A stretch of 64,000 nt of DNA, from contig CBFFRQ010000078.1 in assembly GCA_965644315.1 (NCBI GenBank), forward strand, positions 370,647 through 434,646. The letters run 5' to 3'. Both the position numbers and the translations under genes were made by a program. The DNA comes from Caecitellus pseudoparvulus (lineage: Eukaryota; Protista; Bigyra: Bicosoecida). How positions within the stretch are numbered: position 1 is the first letter of the stretch; every line of letters starts with the position of its first letter. The notes beneath the pieces were generated by a model that saw only the letters and a program-made list of their open reading frames with translations, was not told the DNA's origin and did no database searches. This document shows positions 53,288-63,943 of this stretch, piece after piece.

Positions 53288-55093
53288 TCATACAGCAGGC
53301 GGGGCTCCGCGAGACAGTAGGGGTGACGTGCCACTGCTGCCGTCTGACGGCTCCAAAGGCTGCCCCTGCAGCTGCAAGCCGCGGGTGTCTCCAATAGCTT
53401 CCTGGCCGGCTGCCTTAGCCTGGTGGCGGCGCCAGTACACGTAAAAGGCGATAGCAGCCAACAACAGCACCGGTCCGACCGTCCCATACACGATGAAAGC
53501 TGGACGGGAACTGAACCAAGCAAGGTTTGGGCCAAAGGAGCCTTGATGGGAGCTGGGCCATCCACCTCCAGGAGAGCCTGTCGGTACCACAGTGGTTGAG
53601 GGGTACATGGTGGCTGCTACCGTTGGTACTGGAGTTGTAGTCGGTGTCGGAAGTGATGAGTATTGTGGAATGGGCCACACAGACCCAACGGGCATGCATG
53701 CAAACTTGCCTTCGTAGCAAGCCCAAACGCACCAATCAGTGCTGGACAAGACGTAGTTTTCCGAGTACACCGAATCAACACCCGAAGAGCACCTGAATGC
53801 TTCCTTTTCGGTGAGGGTAACATAGCCACACTCCCCCTCATACGCAAACTCTGTCCCTGTGGCACGCTCATAGCCTGCTGGACAGGGTTTTGGCGGCTCA
53901 GAGGTTGAGGGGTACGCAGTGGTTGTTGGCGTGACTGTTGGCGCTGGAGATGATGAAGGTGATGGGATGGGCCAGACAGACCCATCAGGCATGCATGCGA
54001 ATGTGCCTTGTGGGCAGAACCAAACGCACCAGATCCCGCTCGATAACGTGTAGCTTTCATCGTACACCCACTGGAAACCCGAAGAGCAACCAAACGATTC
54101 AATTTCTGTTGACGGAACGAATTCGCAGTACCCCTCATTTGCGAAGGATGTGCCTGGGGCTCGCACGTAGCCAGCTGGGCAGGGCGGCGAGCTCGGGGTG
54201 GGGGTAGGTGTGTGTGAAGGAGTTGCTGTTGGTGTGGGGGTGGGTGTCGGTGTGGGCGTGGGCGATGGACGCGGGGACCAACAAAGTAAACTCTCTGCAC
54301 ATGTCCATGCCGAATACTGAGCATCATTGGAAGTTGTGGAGGTGTAAGAATTTTCTAAATAGGTGCTGATCACAGGCGAGGAATCCACGGGGCCCCCACC
54401 CACTCCAGGTGTGGCGCAGCCAAAAACAAAATCCTCGGCAATTGATGATGAGTATGTCCGCATATTAACCATTGGGAGCACAGGGCTGAAGCCGTCGGGA
54501 CAGTCTGGGGATTCCGCTTCAACATAGGACTGGATGCTCGTAAAGACTGGGCCAGCAACTTCTACACCACAGTCCACAGGGGAATACTCGGAGCAGTACA
54601 GCACAATACAAATCCCGTCTTCGTTCGGATATACGGCGTATGGTACTTCTAGCACACCTTCGCTTGCAGACCACTCCTCGGGTGTGAAAAGGAGCGACGC
54701 TTCACCTTCCCGCGAGCCCCCTGTGACCACTAATTGCGGAATGGGGCTCTTACCACACCAGCTGGTGTGCAACACACTCCCATAGAGCTGCCCATCACTG
54801 TTGCCACTCAGGCTAAATGAAGCGGAGGAAATGGGCTGGGCGGCGCTTTTGAAGAATGTGTGCTGACCAAGACCGAGCCACCTAGACGTTGTGGATGTTG
54901 ATCCCATCCAGTCACTGGTTGTGGAGTTTGTGAATGTCTCTTCTCCTTCCTCTTCCCCTGTGAGGTCAGTCCCATGCTGCTGGCCGACTGCTTGCGCCCT
55001 GACTGCAAAGCCAGGAGGCTCTGGTGCCACTGCGCCACACAGCTTTGCACAGAGCAACAGCAAGCACGTGAGCCCAAGCCCACAAGCCCGCAT
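53288..55093 (-). CDS. Type I membrane protein with Cys-rich modules and Pro/Thr stalks
   Basis: Signal peptide MRACGLGLTCLLLLCAKLCGAVA; two close 6-Cys repeats plus one divergent copy separated by PT linkers; TM AFIVYGTVGPVLLLAAIAFYVYW followed by RRH. Confidence 0.78.
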   Translation of the reverse strand: MRACGLGLTCLLLLCAKLCGAVAPEPPGFAVRAQAVGQQHGTDLTGEEEGEETFTNSTTSDWMGSTSTTSRWLGLGQHTFFKSAAQPISSASFSLSGNSDGQLYGSVLHTSWCGKSPIPQLVVTGGSREGEASLLFTPEEWSASEGVLEVPYAVYPNEDGICIVLYCSEYSPVDCGVEVAGPVFTSIQSYVEAESPDCPDGFSPVLPMVNMRTYSSSIAEDFVFGCATPGVGGGPVDSSPVISTYLENSYTSTTSNDAQYSAWTCAESLLCWSPRPSPTPTPTPTPTPTATPSHTPTPTPSSPPCPAGYVRAPGTSFANEGYCEFVPSTEIESFGCSSGFQWVYDESYTLSSGIWCVWFCPQGTFACMPDGSVWPIPSPSSSPAPTVTPTTTAYPSTSEPPKPCPAGYERATGTEFAYEGECGYVTLTEKEAFRCSSGVDSVYSENYVLSSTDWCVWACYEGKFACMPVGSVWPIPQYSSLPTPTTTPVPTVAATMYPSTTVVPTGSPGGGWPSSHQGSFGPNLAWFSSRPAFIVYGTVGPVLLLAAIAFYVYWRRHQAKAAGQEAIGDTRGLQLQGQPLEPSDGSSGTSPLLSRGAPPAV

Positions 55094-55730
55094 GAGTGCC
55101 ACACCAGAGCCTTGAGAACGCCTGTATAGAGCATTGACAAATATTTTCGGTGGTGTTAATTTGAGCTCTGGCCGGCAAGTCTGCCCAGGGAGCAAACGCC
55201 GTGGTTGCATCGCAGCTCCAAACGCCTTGCACACGCGGCACGCACTTCACCTTGCCCGAGATTGCCACGAGCACCTCAGCCCGCGTGCCGTCAGTACTTG
55301 CTGTGGTAGCCCCACTTTCCTTCATGACTTGTCCAGTTGCCGCTGCAATAACGTAGGGGGGGCACAACGCAATGTGGTGTACTCTGTGGCATCTCACACA
55401 TGTTGTCGAAAGTGCTGGCGACACTTGCCCACACACCGCACAAGGCATGGGTGCAGGGGTTGGGAGACTCACATTGGATGAACAGAATTTCAAGAGTGCG
55501 TGGTACGATTGGGACCACCAGATGACAAGTGCAGGTCGTTTTGCGAGTGTCGGCCTTTCTGACGCAGCATACCTAGCACCAAAGCCAATATGTGAAGCTT
55601 TGTACGAGGGTGAAGAGAAAGCGTGGACAGCATGCTCGCAAAAATAATTTTCTTTTGAACATCCTCGTCATGCCCCTATTAGTCGCTGTGAACCCTTGGC
55701 GCTGATACGCCCAACGTTTACTTCAGCTTA

Positions 55731-55753
55731 GGCTTGCCGGCACGAGGGGGGTT
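55731..55753 (+). repeat. Left TIR of Harbinger element
   Basis: GGCTTGCCGGCACGAGGGGGGTT, preceded by TTA. Confidence 0.95.
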
Positions 55754-56113
55754 TCGGGAATGAAACGCTGGCCCACCCACACACGCACGAAAGTATTCGG
55801 TGCACGCAGCTATGGCCGCCATGTAGGACTGGGGGGCGCTGGCTTGTTGAAGTACAATGTGGATGAATTGAAAATGGAGTCTGTGTCCCTTCTGACTTCA
55901 TGGGAAGGCCGAATCGAGGGCGAGGGCTGCGCTGTGGGTCTCACGGGCTGGCCGCCTGACAGGCTGCAGAAGGGCTGATACGTTGATCACAGCGCCAACT
56001 TCACCCAATTCTAGTTCTCCACCCAGCCGCACACCATAGTCACCTATTCGCCAGAGAATTGCCCGCACCGTAAATGAACTGGATTCTTGCCAGGAAGTGC
56101 GGTTGGCGTGGTG

Positions 56114-57626
56114 ATGGCTGCGCAACTAGACGTGGCGCTCGGTGCGTGGTGTGGAGTTGCAACGCGAAACGCGCCTGCATCGCAACTCACGCACGGTGTC
56201 CCTGCCTCCCACAGGTGGCATCCTTCCCATCGACAGCCTGCCAGCACGAGTCAGAACGGTGATTGTGGCTGCTGCGGTCGGTATAGATCCGCTTGGCCTG
56301 CTTGGTGACGAGGAGGAGTCTGACATTGGTGTTGCTGCCCCTGCGCCTGCATTGTCGCCTGCGGGAGCATGGCTTCGCCGTCACCTTCCCACTCTCAGTG
56401 ACCAAGACTTCAAGGCTCACTTTCGTGTGTCCCGTGGTACATTTGAGCAGGTCCATGGGCTGGTTGAGTCTGCGGTGTGGCGTTGCCGGGCATTGCCGCG
56501 CAGCGCGGACCACAAGTGGGAGGCCCTGGAGGCTGCAGCACGCGCCGTTGAAGGTACGGGAAGGGATGATGATGCCGGTGATCATGACGGCGATGTGGTA
56601 CTGGACGGTGGTGCTGCAGCTGCAGCACCTTCTGGTGGGAACGGGAACTCACGCTTCGCGCTGACCACAAGGGAGGAGCTGGCGACAACGCTGCTGTTCA
56701 TGGCGTCCGCGTCGTCGGAGAGGACGATGCAGCGACAAGTGGGAGTGAGTCCGCGGACGCTGTGGCGAGTGGTCAAACGAGTCGTGGCGTGCCTGGGCGT
56801 GGTGGGCGTGCCCGAGTACCTCGGGTGGCCAACCAGCCTGGAGGAGTGGAACGACATTGCTATGGAGTTCTATGCGGCCAGTCGGGGACGCATGTTCGGC
56901 GCCATCGGGGCAATAGATGATACTCACCTGGATGTCAAGCTGCCGAAGGGTGAGAGGATGGGCGCCATCGACCGGGATGCCCAGTTCACAGTGCACGTTC
57001 AAGCTGTGTGCACAGCTGGATGGCGTATCCTATCCTGGCGGGTGGGCGACGCTGGGGCGCGTCAGGACAGCGGGGTGCTTCAAGAGTCTGCCTTATGGCG
57101 AGCACAGGAGGGCGGCCAGCCATTCATCCCCGAGGGAGCCTTCTTGCTGGGCGATGCAGGGTTCCCGTGCCGCACATGGCTGCTGACGCCATGGAGCCGG
57201 CGCCAGACAGGTGACGTCACCCAGGAGCAACTTCGATTCAACAAGGTCTTTTGCTCCCAAAGGGTTGTCGTCGAACAACTGTTTGGCATTCTGAAGTCAC
57301 AGTGGCAGGTGTTGTGTCGCGTCCGACAGTATGCCCAGTGGCACAGCTTGCAGGCTGTGCGCAAGTACAGCATTGCGGCAGCAGTGCTGCACAACGCTGC
57401 ATTGCGCAACGGTGACGTTACTCCTGCGCAGTTGTTCACCAAGGCCGAGCAGATCGACCACATGAGCTTCCGAGAGCGGCGAGGTGCGATGCTGGCGGCC
57501 ACTATGGAGGAGCAGACGAGCGCACGGGAGGGCCTGCAGGGCATGCATCAGCACCACCGCAAGCACACGCAGGCAGGCTTCGCGGTGTTGCGTAGGGTGT
57601 CACAAGAAGTGCTGACACGACTGTAG
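56114..57626 (+). CDS. Harbinger (HARBI1-like, DDE_Tnp_4) transposase
   Basis: FKAHFRVSRGTFEQV, HTH region, GAIDDTH, VQAVC, GARQDSGVL, LLGDAGFP, FNKVFCSQRVVVEQLFGILKSQWQVL, AAVLHN. Short exon MAAQLDVALG joins through intron 56142-56214. Confidence 0.93.
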
Positions 57627-57699
57627 GCTTTGTGGGTGTGAGTGCAAGTGCTTGTACTACCTGCTTCTGCAGGGTGGCCACAACGGACCTCTCCCCACC

Positions 57700-59241
57700 T
57701 CAAGCCCCCCCGCTCTGCCTCAAAGCAATGATCGTCTGCAGCATCATGATGGCGTACCGTTTTTCTTTTCCCAAGTCATCCATAGGAGCAGCAGGGGTGC
57801 CACGCACCCTGAACGGCAAGGGCTGAGCGGCAGCCTGCATGCTGTCCAGAGTAGCCGCAGCCGCAGGAAGCAGCTCCATCACCGCCGCGTCATCGTGGAA
57901 CATCATTTGCCAGTAGCCCAGGCGCTGGGCAACCCTCTCATAGGCGTCGGACGTATCAACATGGGAACTTGGAGCAGGAGCAGGAGCAGGAACGGGAGCG
58001 GGAGCCGGAGGTGGCGCAGCGACTGCCCTACCTTGGGCGCGGTCAATGGAAGAGGTCAAGGCGCCCAAGAATTCTTGGCGCGCTTCGTCCAGCTGGTACC
58101 GCTGCTTCCGCAGCGTGGCGTCTGACGGCGGCCGCCCTCCCACTTTGCCCTGCCGCTTGCGCTTGGTGCCCTTGCTCTTGGCCCTTGGAGCACTTCGACT
58201 CACAGATGTGCGGCGGGACGCGGTTGAGGCAGCATCGTCATCCGACGGCGTAGCTTCCTCAAACTCGCCTTCACTGTCCTCCATGGCTGCTGGCGTGCGC
58301 AGCTGCCATGACGTGCTGGACGCCACTGTCGCGGCTTCCTGGGCAGCAGCCACCGGCGTGTCATCTGCGTGCGCTGAAGCATCGCGACGGATTCGAGTGG
58401 CCGAGAAGAAGGTGCTGTACATGTCCGTGTATGAGGCCACTGATAGCCATGGTGGGAGCTTGCCAGGTGCACTCTCTCTCTTGACGGAGGGCTCGGTCGC
58501 GTACATGCTCAGCACGCCCACTGGCACGGCGACGATGAGTCCGCCGTAGTGCCTCTCGATCCGCCACGCAAGCCGCTTGATGAGGTGAACGTTCCCCGTT
58601 CCTCGGGTGGCGCCCAGCTCTGCGAGAAGAGGCAGGTTGCACTCTCTCCGGAGCCTATCCTGCTCCTCGGTGAGCCTCTCAGGCACACCAGCAGCCACTC
58701 CACCCTCGACGTCGTCAGCCAGGACAACGGCGTTCTGTGGGGCGACGCATACCACGAGGCCAACTGGTGGTGTGCTCCCCGACATGTTGAAGGCCTTGTG
58801 GACGTCGATGCTTGCCGAGAAGAAGCGCTGCGCACCGGCATTGCAGGGCGGAGTGAGCGGGAATAGCTGTGGCCCGCCCACACACACACGCACCTGGGGC
58901 TTGTACTTCTTGCCAGTTCCCGCTCCAGCCTGCGCCCACGAGTAGAATTCACGAAGCACTTGAGCATCCTTTGGTGCCGTCCACGTGGTGCCGTCCAGTC
59001 GAACCGCACCAGCCTCACGCATCTTCTCCACAACATGGCGCAGCACGTCCACAGCCGAGGAGCTGCCATCAGTCGGGCGAAGGTCGTACAGGCGAGTGAA
59101 CACCCCATCCCGAAACATCTCGGTGAGGAACATCCGCTGGGATCGTGCTACACTGCTGGACACGTCCCACGCTGCAGCAGGCCGGTCCGCATCTGGTGGA
59201 GTTTCAGCCGCGTTGCGGCGGCGAGGGCGTGCAGCCGCCAT
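57700..59241 (-). CDS. Harbinger second ORF (putative Myb/SANT/trihelix-like DNA-binding partner)
   Basis: Lies inside the TIRs, convergent with the transposase. Has a W...Y..M...F motif (PPWLSVASYTDMYSTFF), an acidic stretch, basic KSKGTKRKR and a C-terminal amphipathic helix. Probable in-frame intron after KYKPQ. Confidence 0.75.
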   Translation of the reverse strand: MAAARPRRRNAAETPPDADRPAAAWDVSSSVARSQRMFLTEMFRDGVFTRLYDLRPTDGSSSAVDVLRHVVEKMREAGAVRLDGTTWTAPKDAQVLREFYSWAQAGAGTGKKYKPQVRVCVGGPQLFPLTPPCNAGAQRFFSASIDVHKAFNMSGSTPPVGLVVCVAPQNAVVLADDVEGGVAAGVPERLTEEQDRLRRECNLPLLAELGATRGTGNVHLIKRLAWRIERHYGGLIVAVPVGVLSMYATEPSVKRESAPGKLPPWLSVASYTDMYSTFFSATRIRRDASAHADDTPVAAAQEAATVASSTSWQLRTPAAMEDSEGEFEEATPSDDDAASTASRRTSVSRSAPRAKSKGTKRKRQGKVGGRPPSDATLRKQRYQLDEARQEFLGALTSSIDRAQGRAVAAPPPAPAPVPAPAPAPSSHVDTSDAYERVAQRLGYWQMMFHDDAAVMELLPAAAATLDSMQAAAQPLPFRVRGTPAAPMDDLGKEKRYAIMMLQTIIALRQSGGA

Positions 59242-59398
59242 CCCTGTATCAAGCGAGAGACGGACGCACCAACGCAAGCTCGCTCAGTTATCAGGTTCTT
59301 TGATTTTCAAGTGCAAGTGAGCGCCGCATGAACTGCATTGATACAATGCGCTCTACCACACGCACCATGCGTGCCGAGGGCCCACATACAGCGGCAAT

Positions 59399-59421
59399 AA
59401 CCCCCCTCGTGCCGGCAAGCC
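59399..59421 (-). repeat. Right TIR of Harbinger element
   Basis: AACCCCCCTCGTGCCGGCAAGCC, followed by TTA; exact reverse complement of the left TIR. Confidence 0.95.
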
Positions 59422-60211
59422 TTAGCTGGTCTGTTTCGTGGCGTTTCACACAACGATGAAACGCCAGCACTCCGAAGCAGCATGGTGGGCAAACTCGACG
59501 CGGGCAGCACCGTCATTGTCATCACCATGCAATGAACAGCCCCATTTCGAGCGCTGCGGGTTCATGTTGGACCCATTGACGACTAGGGCACGCTGCGTCA
59601 TCCTTCCCAGGCAAGCAGACAGCCAGGACAGATCACAGCAGCAGCCCCTCTCAGTTGTGGCAGGATAGGGACGCTGAGAAGGCAAGGAAAGATTTACGCT
59701 CTCGCAATCTGAAGAGTGGGGTAGTCAGTGAGAACTACAAGACAAGCCGTGTTCTCGGAGGTGCCCAGGATCATGGTCGTGGCCAAGCGTGGACATGTAT
59801 CGTTCACTGTGAGCCAGCTGGCACTCTGATCTTGCTCTTGTCGAGCCGAAAAAGCGCCGACTCCCAAAGGCGCTCTCATTCACGCTCACTGACCGCGCAG
59901 CCAGTTGCCTTGCACCTGCAAAAGTGACACTTACGCACACTTCCGGCGTAGTTCGGCGAGTGGGCTGACATGGGGGGTGCAGCTAGAAGCTTTGTATAGT
60001 TCGTAGCAGGAAGCACGCAGCAAAGTAGGCCAGGTGCGGCTTTAGGTGGTGGCGTTTCGCGTGTGCGTTTCCTTGGGGAAGAGTTCAAACTGCGAAACAC
60101 TGTTGGCCACGGCCAGGGTTCTGAAAGGGGACAAGCAGCCAGATTGAGAAGGGGCTTTGTATTTTGTGAGGGACACTCCGTATCTGTGCAGGTTTTGAGG
60201 CTCACGACGCG

Positions 60212-62713
60212 ATGGCGCCGCCAGTGCAGCAGCGGCAGCAGGCTGTGCTGTCAGCCAGGCCATTGACTGGGGTGTTTCGTTTCGGCACCCACTGCAATGC
60301 GCGCCGCGGGGTCACGCTTGCAGGCACAGCGGCAGTGTTGCTTGCACTTCAGCTGTGGGCTGCTGCACTGCTGGGCCCGCGCCTGGCCGCGTGGCACTGG
60401 AGCCGCGAGTGGCTGTGGTCGCAAGCGTCGGAGCAGTTGGCAGAGAGTGGACCAGCGCAGGAGGGCGCACAAGTCAGCGCGAGATCAAGCACTCAAGCTC
60501 CGTCGGCCTGGGAAGCGGCTGTGCACGTTGGCGGAGCGGCGGCCCACCGTGTGTTGGGCGGCACCCCGCCCGCAGGCTCAGAGAACGGCACCATGTGTGT
60601 GTACGAAAACGCCTGCGTGCTGTCCAATGCGGCCTGGACCTTTGGCAAGCGCTCCTCGCACCGCATGGCTGTGGTGGTGCCACATCGGGACGCCGCCTTG
60701 CACCGCTTTGCGGCTGCACAGCTCGCCGCCAGCGCTGTCGTTGCTTCTCACCTAGCCGCGATGTCACCGCGGGACATTGAAAGCCGCCCACTTCCGCCCC
60801 TCGTGGAATTGTGGCCAACATTAATGGAGGCAGCTGAACAGGCGCTGGGCGCGCCCCGGCCGCCTGTGATCCAGGTGCTCACACGGCTGTGTAACGTGGC
60901 GCTTGGGGCGCGGGATGATACGCTGGAGCAGACGCCGGACGCCCGCATGCGGGAGATTGAGCACCGTGCAGTGGACATGCAGGCTACACTGCAAGAAGCG
61001 CTGGACAGTGGCAAGCCTGCTGCCCAGCGTGTCACGGTGGCGGCGCTGGCAGCGCTGGAGCTGGCGTCCACCACACACTTCCCCCTCCAAGTACCGCTGC
61101 CAGCCGCCCTGCATGCTGGGCTCGCAAACATGACACAGGACACTGCAATGGACGGCGTTTTATTGCAGTTGGCGCGGTGGGATGGCCTGCGCGCGGAGCA
61201 TATGTACCTGCAGCCACTGTGCAGTGCACCAGCTGTGCGCAAGTTGGCTGCCTGTCGCACGGCGCGCAGCTCACAGGTTCTGCTGGCGCACACCTCGCCA
61301 GGGGCCCTTGGAAATTTTCCCTGCCGCACAGCTGCCAATGGGGCCGGTATAGCATTTGAAGGAAATGACACTTACCCAGCGCAGGAAGCTGCGCCCGTGG
61401 CTGTGGGCGGTGCGCCTTTCAGTGCAGCAGACGTGGCTGTACAATTTTCAGAACGCCCTTGTGTCCGGCACGCCGCAGTGATGGAACTGGCACAGCACTG
61501 TTTCGTGCGCCCCATGCCCGGAGGCGGCGCCAACCCCTCCCACCTTCTGCGCTACGCCAGCGGCGTGCTGAGCTTCGCGCTGGGTGACGGCTCGGCCTTG
61601 GCGGCTGAGCTGGGCACGGCACAGGCCCCCGCAAGTTTGGATGCGCTGGTGCTGCACGGTGGCACAGGCTCCAGTGTGGGCGCCACCGTGATGAATGCTT
61701 TTGTGACGCAGGTGCTCCTGGATGCGCTTCCTGCGTCACCCGACTTCCGCCTCTTGACGCTGCACAAAGCGGAGGAAGCACGCTCACCGTACGCACGCCT
61801 GTTGTGTGCGCGGGTACTCACTGTCGTAGCTTCTGATGCGCCCTCACGACAGGGTATGCACAATTTGGCATCCCTGGCTAGTGCCGCCTTTACACAGTGG
61901 GGACAAGGCGCTGGCAACCTCCGCCCTGCCTCGCTGTCTGCCCTGTTTGGCTCCTGGGAAGGTGTGCGACCCGGGCGCTCGCCCTCCTTTGGCCGTCTGT
62001 GGCGCCTGCCGCAGGTCGAACGTGCCAAGGCAGCCGGGCTTCTGCGTGGCAGGGCAGTACCACCAAGGTACCCATGCCCACCCAGCATCGGAGTGGCGCA
62101 ACGCGGGGAAGGCTCTGCCCTGCGGCGGTTTTTGAACCTGCAGCAAGTGCTTGAGGCGCTGGCAAAGGCGATGGGGCAGCACGGGCTGCCTCCTGTTCAG
62201 ACGTTCACGCCTGAAGTGCCGCTATCCGAGCAAGCGGCGTTCTACGAACGGCACGCAGTGGTGGTCACGCCCTACGGCTCGCACATGACAGCCGTGGCGC
62301 TGGCAGGACACCCCCGCCTGGCACTATTGGCCGTAATGGCCTACCCCGCCAACAACGCCGTGTTTCAGCACGAGTATGCGGGGGTGTGGGGCGGCGCGCT
62401 GTACCTGAGTCCCGGCCACCAGCCCAACGCGACCCGGCTGCCCGACGGTGCCATGCTGCAGCCGGAACCGATGTGGGAAGCGGTGCAGCGCGAACGCATG
62501 CTGACGTGGTGGGATGCGCAGCCTGTGAACAGCTTTGATTCATTCCGGTATGGCGACTTTGTGGCTGATGGCATGGATGCCTACGATGTGCGCAACCGCC
62601 TGCTGCAGTTGGACCTGCAGGTGGACACTCACCGCCTCGTGCGGGACTTGCGTAAAGCAGTGCTGCATGCCTCCAGGGGCGCCTGTGACCTGGACGCGCT
62701 GGGGGCGGCGTGA
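60212..62713 (+). CDS. Glycosyltransferase family 61-like type II membrane protein
   Basis: N-terminal TM anchor, MCVYENACV, NPSHLL, and C-terminal IGVAQRG...RRFLNLQQVLEAL...PLSEQAAFYERHAVVVTPYGSHMT, resembling the GT61 R..R...N / Q...F....V.I.pHGA block. Confidence 0.62.
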   Translation: MAPPVQQRQQAVLSARPLTGVFRFGTHCNARRGVTLAGTAAVLLALQLWAAALLGPRLAAWHWSREWLWSQASEQLAESGPAQEGAQVSARSSTQAPSAWEAAVHVGGAAAHRVLGGTPPAGSENGTMCVYENACVLSNAAWTFGKRSSHRMAVVVPHRDAALHRFAAAQLAASAVVASHLAAMSPRDIESRPLPPLVELWPTLMEAAEQALGAPRPPVIQVLTRLCNVALGARDDTLEQTPDARMREIEHRAVDMQATLQEALDSGKPAAQRVTVAALAALELASTTHFPLQVPLPAALHAGLANMTQDTAMDGVLLQLARWDGLRAEHMYLQPLCSAPAVRKLAACRTARSSQVLLAHTSPGALGNFPCRTAANGAGIAFEGNDTYPAQEAAPVAVGGAPFSAADVAVQFSERPCVRHAAVMELAQHCFVRPMPGGGANPSHLLRYASGVLSFALGDGSALAAELGTAQAPASLDALVLHGGTGSSVGATVMNAFVTQVLLDALPASPDFRLLTLHKAEEARSPYARLLCARVLTVVASDAPSRQGMHNLASLASAAFTQWGQGAGNLRPASLSALFGSWEGVRPGRSPSFGRLWRLPQVERAKAAGLLRGRAVPPRYPCPPSIGVAQRGEGSALRRFLNLQQVLEALAKAMGQHGLPPVQTFTPEVPLSEQAAFYERHAVVVTPYGSHMTAVALAGHPRLALLAVMAYPANNAVFQHEYAGVWGGALYLSPGHQPNATRLPDGAMLQPEPMWEAVQRERMLTWWDAQPVNSFDSFRYGDFVADGMDAYDVRNRLLQLDLQVDTHRLVRDLRKAVLHASRGACDLDALGAA

Positions 62714-63767
62714 CTTGGCATGGATGGCGTGTTGTGGCGGTGCCTCATGTCGCAGTGGAGGGGGCTGATGGAGTCAATCCGATGCTGGCTCAGGCACTGC
62801 AAAAACTGGCACTCGCAGGAGCGCTGCGAGTGTGGAAGCTGCCGCTGCGTGTGGTAGGCGCATTGGTCGGGGGCACAGCCCACTGCCTGCGCCTTCCCGC
62901 TGCAAGGGAACGAAGGGGGGGTGCCACAGTTTTCGCTGGAGCGCGTTGGAGCGTCTTTGCCTTAGAGCTTGCCGAGCGCGTGCGGCAGTTTCCTTCGTGT
63001 CACACTGCATGCTGAAGAAGTTAAATGCATTGCAATATCTCGTTTTGAACCAAACCATCCTCACGCTTGCTCCTCAAAGAGGCGCTGGCTGCGGCGCTCG
63101 CTTGCTCTCAACACGCATCTTGCACGAAGCATGGCAACCAACGTCAACCCTTGGCAGAGGGGAGGTCAAAGCCAGTGGTCAGCATCAACACGAATCAGGG
63201 TGAATCTTGGATTTTGGGCGCTTGCAAAATGTGTGGTTTGCTCAAGAATCGGCGTTGATCTAGTGATGGCAGGTTGTAGGTTCTCGGCATTGAGAAGCAG
63301 AACTCTGAAGTTGCCAGGATGTCAACAAGGACGCGGTGGGATTTGCAACGGCCCAGAAATGAAACGGAAGCCGCACCAAGGAGGTATGGTGGCTAAGGGG
63401 TGTGGGTAGGGGACAGCGGGGTGCCAAGCTCGCCAGATCCAGCTGGCGTCATGCCGGCAACGGTCACTGCATTGGGGCTGTCTCGCTAGGGGGACAATAA
63501 ATTCATAAATGAATTTATGAGCGATATGTCTCAACTGCTGCCGCAGTTTGCGACTAAAAACAGATATATTTTTAGACTTTATTTATAAATACCATTCTTA
63601 GATATATTTATATTATATCTATAACACTTATTAGACACTATCCCTATAAAACTAATCTCTTATAAACCCTTTACTATATTTTTATAGTGTATTTTACTAC
63701 TATTTTATAAGTGTTATCTTAAGGGTTATCACTACAATAAATATAAATAATATAAAAAATATAATAA

Positions 63768-63783
63768 ATATATATATATATAT
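63768..63783. repeat. (AT)n microsatellite
   Basis: ATATATATATATATAT within the AT-rich segment. Confidence 0.85.
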
Positions 63784-63943
63784 TTTTTCTGAGACTATTC
63801 TTAACACTTCATCAACAATCAGTCAAAACAAAATTGAAGCAATCAACCATCCATCCAATTACCCTATTTTAGAAACAATCAAAGGAGGCGAAATGACAAA
63901 ATAAAAAGATACATTGTAAATCACTTATTCATATATCATTTAA

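Larger units (their letters stand above)
55731..59421. mobile_element. Full-length PIF/Harbinger DNA transposon (3,691 bp)
   Basis: Perfect 23-bp TIRs GGCTTGCCGGCACGAGGGGGGTT, TTA duplicated at 55728-55730 and 59422-59424, a DDE_Tnp_4-type transposase and a convergent second ORF. Confidence 0.95.

Noticed and set aside
55760-55978. Small ORF inside the Harbinger left end as a third cargo gene
   Set aside because: Only 72 aa with no motif; more likely promoter or subterminal sequence.
59425-60205. Cys-containing short ORFs right of the transposon as an interrupted gene
   Set aside because: Joining the flanks across the empty site gave no long frame on either strand in the frames I traced.
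63570-63640. TCTA motifs in AT context resembling the CroV/mavirus late promoter
   Set aside because: A 4-mer like this is expected several times by chance in AT-rich DNA, so it is not evidence on its own.
63656-63904. Stop-free plus-strand frame of about 80 codons in the AT-rich segment
   Set aside because: No start codon until the last few codons, low complexity, and it crosses a microsatellite.
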